64,000 nucleotides of DNA from Macrostomum lignano (lineage: Eukaryota): assembly GCA_002269645.1 (NCBI GenBank), contig NIVC01000841.1, positions 186,001-250,000 on the forward strand, in the 5' to 3' direction. Position 1 is the stretch's first letter. Each line of letters begins with the position of its first letter. The translations under genes and the position numbers were made by a program. Shown in pieces: positions 16,004-28,600 of this stretch. A model generated the notes under the pieces. It was not told the DNA's origin and did no database searches. It saw only the letters and a program-made list of their open reading frames with translations.

Positions 16004-17800
16004 TGAGATCCCACTCAATATTTAAATCACACACTAAATCTTGAGATCCCACACGGAATCATGAGATCCCACACGGAATCTTGAGATCCCACACTGAATC
16101 TTGAAATACCACACCGACCCTTGAGACCCCACACTGACCCTTTGATATCCCACACTAAAACATGAGATCCCACACTAAATCTTGAGATCCCACACTGAAT
16201 CATGAGATCCCACACTGAATCTTGAGATCCCACACTAAATCTTGAGATCCCACACTGAATCTTGGTATCCCACACCGACCCTTGAGATCCCACACTAAAT
16301 CTTGAAATCCCACACCGACCCTTGAAACCCCACACCGACCCTTTGAGATCCCACACTGAACCTTAATATCCCACACCGACCCTTGAGATCCCACACTGAA
16401 TTTCAGAATCCCACACCGACCCTTTGAGATCCCACACTGAATCTTGAGATCCCACACTGAATCATGAGATCCCACACTGAATCTTGAGATCCCACACTGA
16501 ATCTTGAGATCCCACACTGAATCATGAGATCCCACACTGAATCTTGAGATCCCACACCGACCCTTGAGATCCCACACTAAATCTTGAAATCCCACACCGA
16601 CCCTTGAAACCCCACACCGACCCTTGAAACCCCACACCGACCCTTTGAGATCCCACACTGAACCTTAATATCCCACACCGACCCTTGAGATCCCACACTG
16701 AATCGCAGAATCCCACACCGACCCTTTGAGATCCCACACTGAATCTTGAGATCCCACACTGAATTATGAGATCCCACACTGAATCTTCAGATCCCACACT
16801 GAATCATGAGATCCCACACTGAATCATGAGATCCCACACTGAATCATGAGATCCCACACTGAATCTTGAGATCCCACACCGACCCTTTGAGATCCCACAC
16901 TGAATCTTGAAATCCCACACCGACCCTTGAAACCCCACACCGACCCTTTGAGATCCCACACTGAACCTTAATATCCCACACCGACCCTTGAGATCCCACA
17001 CTGAATCGCAGAATCCCACACTGACCCTTTGAGATCCCACACTGAATCTTGAAATCCCACACCGACCCTTGAGATCCCACACTGAATCTTGATATCCCAC
17101 ACCGACCCTTGAGATCCCACACTGAATCTTGAAATCCCACACCGACCCTTGAGATCCCACACTGAATCATGAGATCCCACACTGAATCTTGAAATCCCAC
17201 ACCGACCCTTGAGATCCCACACTGAATCTTGAGATCCCACACTGAATCTTGAAATCCCACACCGACCCTTGAGATCCCACACTGAATCTTGAGATCCCAC
17301 ACTGAATCATGAGATCCCACACTGAATCTTGAAATCCCACACCGACCCTTGAGATCCCACACTGAATCTTGAGATCCCACACTGAATCATGAGATCCCAC
17401 ACTGAATCTTGATATCCCACACCGACCCTTGAGATCCCACACTAAATCTTGAAATCCCACACCGACTCTTGAAACCCCACACCGACCCTTTGAGATCCCA
17501 CACCGACCCTTGAGATCCCACACTGAATCGCAGAATCCCACACCGACCCTTTGAGATCCCACACTGAATCTTGAGATCCCACACTGAATTATAAAATCCC
17601 ACACTGACTCTTGAGATCCCACACTGAATCATGAGATCCAACACCGACCCTTGAGATCCCACACTGAATCTTGAGATCCCACACTGAATCTTGAGATCCC
17701 ACACTGAATCTTGAGATCCCACACTGAATCTTGAGATCCCACACTGAATCTTGAGATCCCACACCGAACAATCTGCAAAATCTCTCTTCAGATCCCACAC
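16004..17800. repeat. 20-bp minisatellite GAGATCCCACACTGAATCTT / ...CCGACCCTT, about 1.8 kb, between TFG and the Kelch gene
   Basis: Direct reading. Confidence 0.96.
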
Positions 17801-17875
17801 AGAATCTTCCAAAATAGAGTTTTAAAGAACCCAGAGTTAATTCCCTATTTCCTTCATTGCACCGCCGCTGAGCAG

Positions 17876-20800
17876 TCTCAGCCGTTGTCGTGGAGTGCGG
17901 TCTTGCTGACCGGTCTGTCCAGTCTCTATGACAGCGCCGAACTGTCAGACGTCTGCCTGATTGCCTCAAGAGATGAGGCAGCATCTGACGAGGCTGAGAA
18001 GGCCGCCAGCTCATCATCCGTTCGCAAATTCCCCGCGCATCGAGCAGTTCTTGCCGCCGCTACGCCCTATTTTCGCGCCCTATTCGCGCCTAGAGCCAAC
18101 GGCGCGCCTCTGGCTGCACCCGGCGCCAGCGTTAGATTGCGCGCCGTGGCGCCGGAAGCGCTGGAAATTGTGCTTCGATTTGTGTACACGGGCGAGTTCG
18201 AGTTTTCGCCGGATATTGCGCAAGAGGTAATTCGAAGTGTTTTAACTTTTATTTGTTTCCTGACACTATAGTTGACGTCATTCTGGCACTATAGCTGTCT
18301 CCTTCCTGACACTAGTTGACGCCTTCCTGACACTATAGTTGTCTCCTTCCTGACACTAGTTGATGCCTTCCTGACACTATAGTTGGCGCATCCCTGACAC
18401 TATAGTTGACTCCTTCCTGACACTATAGTTGACGCCTTCCTGACACTATAGTTGACTCCTTCCTGACACTAGTTGACGCCTTCCTGACACTATAGTTAAC
18501 GTCTTTCTGGCACTATAGCTGTCTCCTTCCTGACACTAGTTGATGCCTTCCTGACACTATAGTTGACTCCTTCCTGACACTATAGTTGACGCCTTCCTGA
18601 CACTATAGTTGGCGCCTTCCTGACACTAGTTGACGCCTTCCTGACACTATAGTTGACGCCTTCCTGACACTATAGTTGGCGCCTTCCTGACACTAAAGTT
18701 GACGCCTTCCTGACACTATAGTTGGCGCCTTCCTGACACTAAAGTTGACGCCTTCCTGACACTATAGTTGACTCCTTCCTGACACTATAGTTGACGCCTT
18801 CCTGACACTATAGTGGACGCCTTCCTGACATTATAGTTGACTCCTTCCTGACCTATAGTTGGTGCATCCCTGACACTTGTTAATTTCCTGATACTGACCT
18901 TTATTTATAACCTTTCCCTCAGCTAGTAAGCTATAATGAAAAGCCATAATATTTTTTCAACGCCGCCCCTCCAGGTGTACGAAGCCGCCGCCCTCCTCCA
19001 GCTCGACTGTCTTCTTGACCGACTTCGCGTCGGCATGTCGACCTGCATCGGCGCCGAGAACTGCGTGCCGCTGTACCTTCTGGCCGATGCTCACGGCGAC
19101 TCTCAGCTTAAAGAGGCCGCCTACACTTTCATGAGGTCTGAACCGCGACAGCTCGCCGACACAGGAGCTCTTGATGGTGCACCCGACTGGCTGATGGATC
19201 GATTGCTGTCTGATGAATGTCTGCGGGTGCAATGCGAGACTGACGCACTGTGAGCACCGCTGGCTGTGATTTTGTGCTACTAGCCAGCCTCCCAGATCCT
19301 CAGTTGCTGGGCCAGCCTCCCAGATTCTCAGTTGCTGGGCCAGCCTCCCAGATTCTCAGTTGCTGGGCCAGCCTCCCAGATCCTCAGTTGCTGGGCCAGC
19401 CTCCCAGATCCTCAGTTGCTGAGCCAGCCTCCCAGATCCTCAGTTGCTGGGCCAGCCTCCCACATCTTCAGTTGCTGGGCCAGCCTCCCAGAGTGTCAGT
19501 TGCTGGGCCAGCCTCCCAGAGTGTCAGTTGCTGGGCCAGCCTCCCAGATCCTCAGTTGCTGGGCCAGCCTCCCAGATCCTCAGTTGCTGGGCCAGCCTCC
19601 CAGATCCTCAGTTGCTGGGCCAGCCTCCCAGATCCTCAGTTGCTGGGCCAGCCTCTCAGATTCTCAGTTGCTGGGCCAGCCTCCCAGATCCTCAGTTGCT
19701 GGGCCAGCCTCCCAGATTCTCAGTTGCTGGGCCAGCCTCCCAGATTCTCAGTTGCTGGGCCAGCCTCCCAGATCCTCAGTTGCTGGGCCAGCCTCCCAGA
19801 TCCTCAGTTGCTGAGCCAGCCTCCCAGATCCTCAGTTGCTGGGCCAGCCTCCCACATCTTCAGTTGCTGGGCCAGCCTCCCAGAGTGTCAGTTGCTGGGC
19901 CAGCCTCCCAGAGTGTCAGTTGCTGGGCCAGCCTCCCAGATCCTCAGTTGCTGGGCCAGCCTCCCAGATCCTCAGTTGCTGGGCCAGCCTCCCAGATCCT
20001 CAGTTGCTGGGCCAGCCTCCCAGATCCTCAGTTGCTGGGCCAGCCTCTCAGATTCTCAGTTGCTGGGCCAGCCTCCCAGATCCTCAGTTGCTGGGCCAGC
20101 CTCCCAGATCCTCAGTTGCTGGGCCAGCCTCCCACATCCTCAGTTGCTGGGCCAGCCTCCCACATCCTCAGTTTCTGGGTCAGCCTCCCAGATCCACAAG
20201 CAGCAAGCCAGCCTCAAAGCAACTCTCCCGAACGCTCCAGCTACACTTTGGTCCGCTGGGCAGCCGCCGACCCCGATGCTAGACTGATTCCGGCCCGCGA
20301 AAAACTTCGCTGGCACATTCGGTACAGCCTGATCAGCACGGACTTGTCCACCAGCACCAGCACCTCATCATCATCGACGCTCGCCCTGAGAATGGCCGCC
20401 TCAGTCAACGCCAGTCTCGACTGCCTGCTGCAACCGCCGCAGGCGACCAGCTCGATAACAACAACATCGGCAGCTTCGTCGACGCCTCGTCTCGGCAACC
20501 GCAGTCGCCTGCTCTACCTCGGCGGTCGCGGCGGTCGCAGTTGGCGAGACGACGCCGACCTGACAGCCGTTGACGTCATGGACGCCTGGAGCGGCGAATG
20601 GAAGTCAATGGAGTCGCTGCCGTCGCGTCGATGTCTGTTCGCCGCCGCCTCAGCCGACACGGTGTCGAGTCAGGCCGTGTTGATTGTCGGCGGCGAGTCC
20701 GACGGGATGCTGCTGGATGACTGCTGGCTGATGGACCTTCGGGATGCCGCTGGCTGCCGCTGGCTGCCGGGACCGTCACTGCCGGGGCCTCGGGCTGAGC

Positions 20801-22555
20801 ACTGCTTGGTGCGGCTCGGCGGCTGCTCAACTGACGGCGGCGCCGGCGGTGGCAGCGTGCTGCTGTTGCTGGGCGGTCTGGGGCAGGCTCACGAGCCGGC
20901 CGTGCTGTGTCTGGAGGGTCCGGACTTTGCCGAGGGGGCCTGGAGACAGGTGGGCTGGCTTGGTGTGCTCACTTCTTCATCTTTTGTTCAGCCGCTCTTT
21001 ATGTACTGCTTTTCATCTGATTTGTAACCATTTTTTCGCCCCTTCATCCGCTCCTTCATCCGCCCCTCATTTGTCCCTTCATCCGCCCCTTCATCCGCCT
21101 TTTCATCCGCTCCTTCATCCGCCCCTTCATCCGCCCCTTATTTTTCCCTTCATCTGCCCCTTATTTGTCCCTTCATCCGCTCCTTCATCCGCCCCTCATT
21201 TGTCCCTTCATCCGCCCCTTCATCCGCCTTTTCATCCGCTCCTTCATCCGGCCCTTCATCCGCCCCTTATTTTTCCCTTCATCTGCCCCTTATTTGTCCC
21301 TTCATCCGCTCCTTCATCCGCCCCTCATTTGTCCCTTCATCCGCCCCTTCATCCGCCTTTTCATCCGCTCCTTCATCCGGCCCTTCATCCGCCCCTTATT
21401 TTTCCCTTCATCTGCCCCTTATTTGTCCCTTCATCCGTCCCTTCATCCGCCCCTCATTTCTTCCTTCATCCGTCCCTTCATCTGTCCCTTCATCCGCCCC
21501 TTCATCCGCCTTTTCATCCGCTCCTTCATCCGGCCCTCATTTGTTCCTTCATCCGTCCCTTTATCCGCCCCTTCATCCGCCCCTTCATCCGGCCCTTTAT
21601 CCGCCCCTTCATCCGTCCCTTCATCCGCTCCTTTATCCACCCCTTCATCTGTCCCTTCTTTCGCCCCTTCATCCGCCTTTTCATCCACCCCTTCATCCGT
21701 CCCTTCATCCGCCCCTTTATCCACCCCTTCATCCGTCCCTTCATCCGCCCCTTTATCCACCCCTTCATCCGTCCCTTCATCCGCCCCTGTATCCACCCCT
21801 TCATCCGTCCCTTCATCCGCCCCTTTATCCGCCCCTTCATCCGCCCCTTCATCTGCCCCTTCATCTGCCCCTTCATCTGCCCCTTCATCCGCCCCTTTAT
21901 CCACCCCTTCATCCGCCCCTTTATCCACCCCTTCATCCGTCCCTTCATCCGCTCCTTTATCCGCTCCTTCGCCCGACCCTTTCAGGTGACCACCCTGCCA
22001 GCTTGCCGTCGCGGCGCCGCCGCAGTCGCCTCGCCCGACAACAGCGCCGGCGGCGGCAGCTGCGTCGACTTCCTCGGCGGCCTGGACGCCTTCGACCAGC
22101 CCAGTCGATCCTGGTTCCGCTACGATCCGCTCGTCAATCATTGGCGCCGGATGCCGGACTTACCGGCGCCTCTGGCTCACTTCGGCCTGGTGGCTTCCCC
22201 GGATACCGGCGCCCTCTATTGTCTGGGCGGCGGAGGCGCCGGCGCCAGTCCCAGCGCCGCTTGTTGGCGCTGCGATCAGCGGCGCGGCGTCTGGGATCAG
22301 CTGGCGCCGATGCCAGCGCCAAGGCAGCGACTCTGCGCCGCAATAGCCGGCGCCGAGATATTCGTGATTGGCGGCGAGTGCCGGCCGTTCCTGGACTTGG
22401 GACACTCGGTGGAGCCGGCGCTGCTGGCCGCCGGGGTCGACATCTATGATGTGCGCGCGGCGCGCTGGCGCCAGATGACTGCAGGGGGCGGCGCCTGCCC
22501 GACAGAGCCGCAGCCGCGCACGGACGCCTGCCTGCTGGCTGTGCCCTACGTGTGA
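17876..22555 (+). CDS. Kelch-like (BTB-BACK-6xKelch) protein, about 635 aa, 4 exons; 5' start unresolved
   Basis: Exons ~17876-18226 (BTB: SDVCL...FPAHRAVLAAATPYFRALF...LRFVYTG), 18975-19249 (BACK: ENCVPLYLLADAHG), 20241-20949, 21986-22555; phases 0/2/0 consistent; six GG-containing Kelch blades; TGA 22553-22555. No in-frame ATG between the stop at 17732 and the end of the BTB exon. Confidence 0.88.
18258..18880. repeat. 23-bp minisatellite CCTGACACTATAGTTGACGCCTT (Kelch intron 1)
   Basis: Direct reading. Confidence 0.95.
19282..20195. repeat. 28-bp minisatellite CAGTTGCTGGGCCAGCCTCCCAGATCCT (Kelch intron 2)
   Basis: Direct reading. Confidence 0.96.
21035..21975. repeat. 12-bp minisatellite TTCATCCGCCCC with a 129-bp higher-order unit in its 5' part (Kelch intron 3)
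   Basis: Direct reading; CCTTCATCCGCTCCTTC recurs at 21041, 21170, 21299. Confidence 0.93.
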
Positions 22556-22669
22556 CAGAGTGCTGATGGCTTTGACTTTGAGTTGGGGGTTTGAATGGGG
22601 GCTGCTGCCACTGCCTTAGTTGAGTCAGTCTGGCTGGGGCACTGCGGCATCTGCTGCTCTGCCTCTCGA

Positions 22670-23075
22670 TCTACCCTCCCCCTCTCTCACTCCTCCTCTC
22701 TCCCTCTCCCTCTCCCTCCTCCACTCTCCCTCCCCCTCCCTCCCCTCTCCCTTCCCCTCTCTCCCCTCTCCCCCTCTCTCCCTCTCCCTCTCTTCCTCTC
22801 CCTCTCTCCCTCTCCCTCCTCCTCTCCCCCTCTCCCTCTCCCTCTCCCTCCTCCTCTCTCCCTCTCCCTCTCCCTTTCTCCCTCTCCCTCTGTCTCTCCC
22901 TCTCTCCCTCTCCCTCCCCCTCTCCCCCCTCTCTTCCTCTCCCTCTCTTCCTCTCCCTCTCTCCCTCTCCCTCTCTCCCTCTCCCTCTCTCCCTCTCCCT
23001 CTCTTCCTCTCCCTCTCTCCCTCTCCCTCTCTCCCTCTCCCTTTCTCCCTCTCCCTCTCTCTCTCTCTCTCTCCC
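22670..23075. repeat. CT-rich (CTCCCT)n low-complexity tract 3' of the Kelch stop
   Basis: Direct reading. Confidence 0.9.
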
Positions 23076-23689
23076 GGTCCTTCAACCTTTCTCCTCCCAA
23101 CATCTCATTCTTTTTAACTCCCCCTTCTTTATAATGAATCTTTGTAATTCCCTTAAAAAAACTCAAAATTCAAAAGGGTCGCACAGCCCAATTGCAACTC
23201 CCCCAATCATTGATACAAAAACAGTACACCATGCACCAGACTTTGATTTTAGTAATTTTATTATTTAAGCGCTATTTACTTCTCACACGAACGCTTTCTT
23301 CTTCCACACTAACTGTACTAGTGGTGACCGGTTTTTTTCCATATTTTCAGCATTTATTATCTTTATGCCAATTCAAATATCAATATAAATATGAAACTAA
23401 TACATAAACGAACATGTAAAACAACACTACATTCTACGTAACTAACTACTTACGTGGATGTGTTTAACGATCTGCCTTCAACGCCTGTCTGTGTGAGTTT
23501 CTTTCAGAAATAAATTGAAAGACTCAGCTTTTGATTTATTACTCCTATTTATAGATGTTAAAATGCAGCGAGTAAGTGGCACGAGTTTAAAATGATAATT
23601 AATTAGTTACGAACCCTACGAGTATTGTAAAATACAACCAGTTTGAAATCAACGCTTCATAATTTAAAATTTATGAAATCAAAATTGTG

Positions 23690-24325
23690 TAATCGGCGCT
23701 AAATTGAGAAATCGGCGCTAAATTGTGAAATCGGCGCTAAATTGTGAAATCGGCGCTAAATTGTGAAATCTGCGCTTCAGAATTTGAAATCGGCGCTAAA
23801 TTGTGAAATCAGCGCTTCAGAATTTGGAATCAACGCTCAATTGTGAAATCGGCGCTAAATTGTCAAATCGGCGCTAAATTGTGAAATCAGCGCTTCAGAA
23901 TTTGAAATCGGCGCTCAATTGTGAAATCGGCGCTCAATTGTGAAATCGGCGCTAAATTGTGAAATTGGCGCTAAATTGTGAAATCTGCGCTTCAGAATTT
24001 GAAATCGGCGCTCAATTGTGAAATCGGCGCTAAATTGTGAAATCGGCGCTAAATTGTGAAATCAGCGCTTCAGAATTTGAAATCGGCGCTCAATTGAGAA
24101 ATCGGCGCTAAATTGTGAAATCGGCGCTAAATTGAAAAATTGGCGTTAAATAATTTGAAATCGGCGCTCAATTGTGAAATCGGCGCTAAACTGAGAAATC
24201 GGCGCTAAATTGAGAAATCGGCGCTAAATTAAGAAATCGGCGCTAAATTAAGAAAAATCGGCGCTAAATTAAGAAATCGGCGCTAAATTGTGAAATCGGC
24301 GCATCTCGCATTTTGAAATTGGCGC
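23690..24325. repeat. 19-bp minisatellite GAAATCGGCGCTAAATTGT
   Basis: Direct reading. Confidence 0.94.
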
Positions 24326-25539
24326 TTTATTGTGAACTCTGAGACTCATATTGAGAAATCTGCGCCCCTACATCTTGAAATCCAAAAACTAGTTCAAAGG
24401 CGCGAATGTCCCAAATCCAATAAAGCTAAAATCTAGATTTCATACGTGTCTAGCTGTTATTCATAAAAATTCTGCTGTAGACAAATGACTGAGATATGCC
24501 TGTGCAGGATAGGAAGTTTTTATTTCCGGACTTACAGAGAGCAGGAGAAGAGGGGAAGAGGACATGATGGTAAGGATGGAGAAGCCCAGATCCTTCAGCT
24601 GAGCAGTACACTTGTACAAAATCGGGAAGATTGAGAAAGTTCTCAACAGCAGTGTGCATCTAGAGTACGTAAGTAAAGAGACCGTGGGAGTGCATCGACT
24701 GTTGCCACCCCGCTCGCTAGCCCCATAATCCACCTTCCAATTCCTTTCTGCTCCAGAGAGAGAAGGGATGAAAAGAGGAGGCTGGAAAATGGGTTGATAA
24801 GAGATGAGAAAAAAATAGCCGCCCACATGGCAATGACATACAGGCATGTACATGGACACTGCATGGCTCCTTGGATTTCTAAATCTACTAAACATCTGGA
24901 TTGGATTCAGATAAAAGAATTAATGAACAATATTTTTGATTGTGTTGTCCATGACTTGGACTGTCCTGGAGGAAGATATTGAGCCAAGGACTACTTAAGT
25001 ATAAGGACGGGAAGCTACGTTTCTTGGAAGCAGGTTTTTCCGAAAATTACGGAGATGTACACGGATGTTCTTATTTTTACAGCACAAAAATTAGTATTTC
25101 TTTTGATAGAAAGCAGACCCAATGTTTATCTTTTGATACTTCAGAAGTATTTGTTTGGGCACAGAACTTGCACGTTTGTACTTAAAATTAACTTAATAGT
25201 AACTTCCTAAATGTTCTTGCTATCAACTTTTAATTCCCAGGTTTCCAATCCAATACTCTATTAGTAGTCTATGTTATTAGAGCTCCATGACAGCAGGCTG
25301 CAGTTCAATGTAGAGTGTGTCCATTCTCTGTTCACATGCCTCTCTTCACCGTACTGGAGAAGGGGTGAAGAGGGAAGAGAGAGAGAGAGGGAGGAGAGAA
25401 GACTGGCGGATCCGGGGCATTGGGGAGGCTGGGATAAGCGAGGTACCGAAGATGAAGGAGGCAGAGTGGGCAAGGGGTAGTACACACACGGGAGGATGCC
25501 CTGTACTATGTGTATGCGAGCGGCTCAAGTTGAGAAGTG

Positions 25540-25611
25540 TATTTATTTAGCAGCATAAGCGAGCAAGCGATGCAGATCTCTGTGAGCACTGATCGCGAGT
25601 GCCTCATCTAG
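25540..25611 (+). mobile_element. Helitron-like 3' terminus
   Basis: GCGAGCAAGCGA, hairpin GCACT-gatcgcg-AGTGC (25586-25602), then CTAG (25608-25611) followed by T; 5' end not located. Confidence 0.45.
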
Positions 25612-25687
25612 TTATTGAATTTTTGACAGCCTCTTGAGTTTCTATATCTTGATTATTTTTAAGGATTAAACACTTCTAGACCTAGCG

Positions 25688-28600
25688 ATGGAGGATGAGC
25701 AGGCTGAGAGGCACCAGCTGCAGGATAAGAGCGGCCCACAGCCTGAGAAGTACACCGACGACCGAAAGTGAGCTGATTTGAATCGATTTTCAACACGAAT
25801 TTTGAAATCTCACACCCTTATATAACTGTAGCTGTCGTATAGTTTTAATGCCTTCACTTTGTAATTAAATAGTAAACCATCAACACATTGACAGACAATC
25901 GGCTGTATGTGAAACAACAGACGAAAGGCAGCCATTTGCTGATTCAACCTTGGAAGCAAAGCAACTACCAAAGTACATGATTGTACTGCTGAATATCTCC
26001 TTTCTTGGACTGAATCTTATGTTTCTGGTTTTGTCGGTGGTTGGTAAGTTGATTTGCATTGACCGCTTGTCCCTTCCCCGATGAATGTACTGCCTGCCTA
26101 TAATAACCCTCTCTCCCTTTCACGATGAATGTACATAAACACTGCCCGCCTAGAATAACCCTCTATCCCTTCCCCGATGAATGTACATAAACACTGCCCG
26201 CCTAGAATAACCCTCTATCCCTTCCCCGATGAATGTACATAAACACTGCCCGCCTAGAATAACCCTCTATCCCTTCCCCGATGAATGTACATAAACACTG
26301 CCTGCCTATAATAACCCTCTCTCCCTTTCCCGATGAATGTACATAAACACTGCCCGCCTAGAATAACCCTCTATCCCTTCCCCGATGAATGTACATAAAC
26401 ACTGCCTGCCTATAATAACCCTCTCTCCCTTTCCCGATGCATGTACATAAACACTGCCCGCCTAGAATAACCCTCTATCCCTTCCCCGATGAATGTACAT
26501 TGACCCTGCTTAGCCGAGGCGCTTTCACAAGGCCGAAGTTTCACAAGGTCGAAAACTACTGCATGCCGCATGGTTTTTGTTATATTAAGTTTTCGAGGTT
26601 GTCAAATTTCTACCTTGTAAAGAAAGTTCTAAAGGAAGGTGCATTCCACGTTTTGAAATTTCGAGTTTGTGACCCCCCTCCCCCCTGTCAGCATAGAATA
26701 ACCCTCTATTCCATGCCTGATGAATGTAAATAGACACTGCCAGCCTAGAATAACCCACCCTCTCTCCCTTTCCAGATGAATGTACATAGACAACTGCTAG
26801 CCTAGAATAACCCACCCTCTCTCCCTTTCCAGATGAATGTACATAGACTGCCAGCCTAGAATAACCAATCCTCTCTCCCTTTCACAATGAATGTACATAG
26901 ACACTGCAAGCCTAGAATAACCCACCCTCTCTCCCTTTCCCGATGAATGTACATATAGACAAGCCAAGAGTAACTTATCGTCCTCTTTTCTGATAAATGT
27001 ACACAGACCCTACCAGTCTAGAATAGCCCTCTCTCTCCCTTGTCCAAAAATGTACATAGAGACACGTACTAAACAGTTCTAATCGAATAACCGATTCCAG
27101 TGGTTCCCGCTCAAGTTCAAACAATGGTTGGCTCCGCTAGTAAGGGTCGCGTACTTGGCGCCATGGTCGGCAGTGGCGCATTTCTAACGCTGCTATCCGG
27201 ACCACTAATTGGCATGATTAGTGATCGAATGACCTCACGATTTGGCAAGCGCCGTCCCGTAATGGTGGTTGCGACCCTGTGCCTATGGTAAGTTTACCAA
27301 ACGCTTTCTAAAAAATAGAAACAGAGTCATCGCGTATGGTTCTAAAATAGCAACAAACGTCTGCTTATACAATATATAAAATCTTTTTCAGCATTGGCCT
27401 ACTCGGAATGGGATTCAGTGCTCCGAAAGTGCACTTGTAAGCTTATAATACATGAACATTAAAACTAAGTACAATTTTTACCATCATAGCAATGTCCAGC
27501 CATTTTGTATTCGAAATTTCAGTAAGAAAATACCGTTGAAAAATAACGATACTTCTTGGTTGGACGAGAATGGAATGGTAAGTTCTTAAATAAATTTTGT
27601 GTCAATTAATAGTTTTTGTTTTAAATTGGATGAAAGATGCTCAAAGTAATTAACTATTCCACAGTGCAACACGGACTTAGTGGACGTTCGTTGCCGGCCA
27701 TATCACCACGCTTTCAACGGCACCTACGATAATCCTTATCTGAAAGATTTTCACACCAAAAAGCTCACCTTTGACGCTAAAGATCCAAATCTGAAAGTTG
27801 ACGACAATGTGCTGAGCGGAAATCTTGGTAATGCTTTAACGTTCTTGCAGAGTGTTCACTTCTCGAATCTAGTTGATAGGACTTCCGACATCTGACAGAT
27901 AGGGCGCCAGCATCTAACAGACAGGGCGCCAGTATCTAACAGATAGGACACCAATATCTTAAAGATAGGACACCAATATCTAACAGATAGGACATCAATA
28001 TCTAACAGATAGGACACCAATATCTAACAGATAGGACACCAATATCTAACAGATAGGACACCAATATCTTAAAGATAGGACACCAATATCTAACAGATAG
28101 GACACCAATATCTAACAGATAGGACACCAATATCTAACAGATAGGACATCAATATCTTAAAGATAGGACACCAATATCTAACAGATAGGACACCAATATC
28201 TTAAAGATAGGACACCAATATCTAACAGATAGGACACTAATATCTTAAAGATAGGACACCAATATCTAACAGATAGGACATCAATATCTTAAAGATAGGA
28301 CACCAATATCTAACAGATAGGACACCAATATCTTAAAGATAGGACACCAATATCTAACAGATAGGACACCAATATCTTAAAGATAGGACACCAATATCTA
28401 ACAGATAGGACACCAATATCTAACAGATAGGACACCAATATCTTAAAGATAGGACACTAATATCTAACAGATAGGACACCAATATCTAACAGATAGGACA
28501 CCAATATCTTAAAGATAGGACACTAATATCTAACAGATAGGACACCAATATCTAACAGATAGGACACCAATATCTTAAAGATAGGACACCAATATCTAAC

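Noticed and set aside
19444-22555. Intron-retained Kelch isoforms, suggested by ORFs running through the repeat introns
   Set aside because: The upstream exon frames hit stops within the introns (TGA 19251-19253; TAA 21025-21027), so retention truncates the protein, unlike TRPM intron 3.
24538-24668. Exon-like segment with a good acceptor and a GTAAGT donor
   Set aside because: Stops in all three frames; no coding link to Kelch or MFS; could only be a non-coding or cryptic exon.
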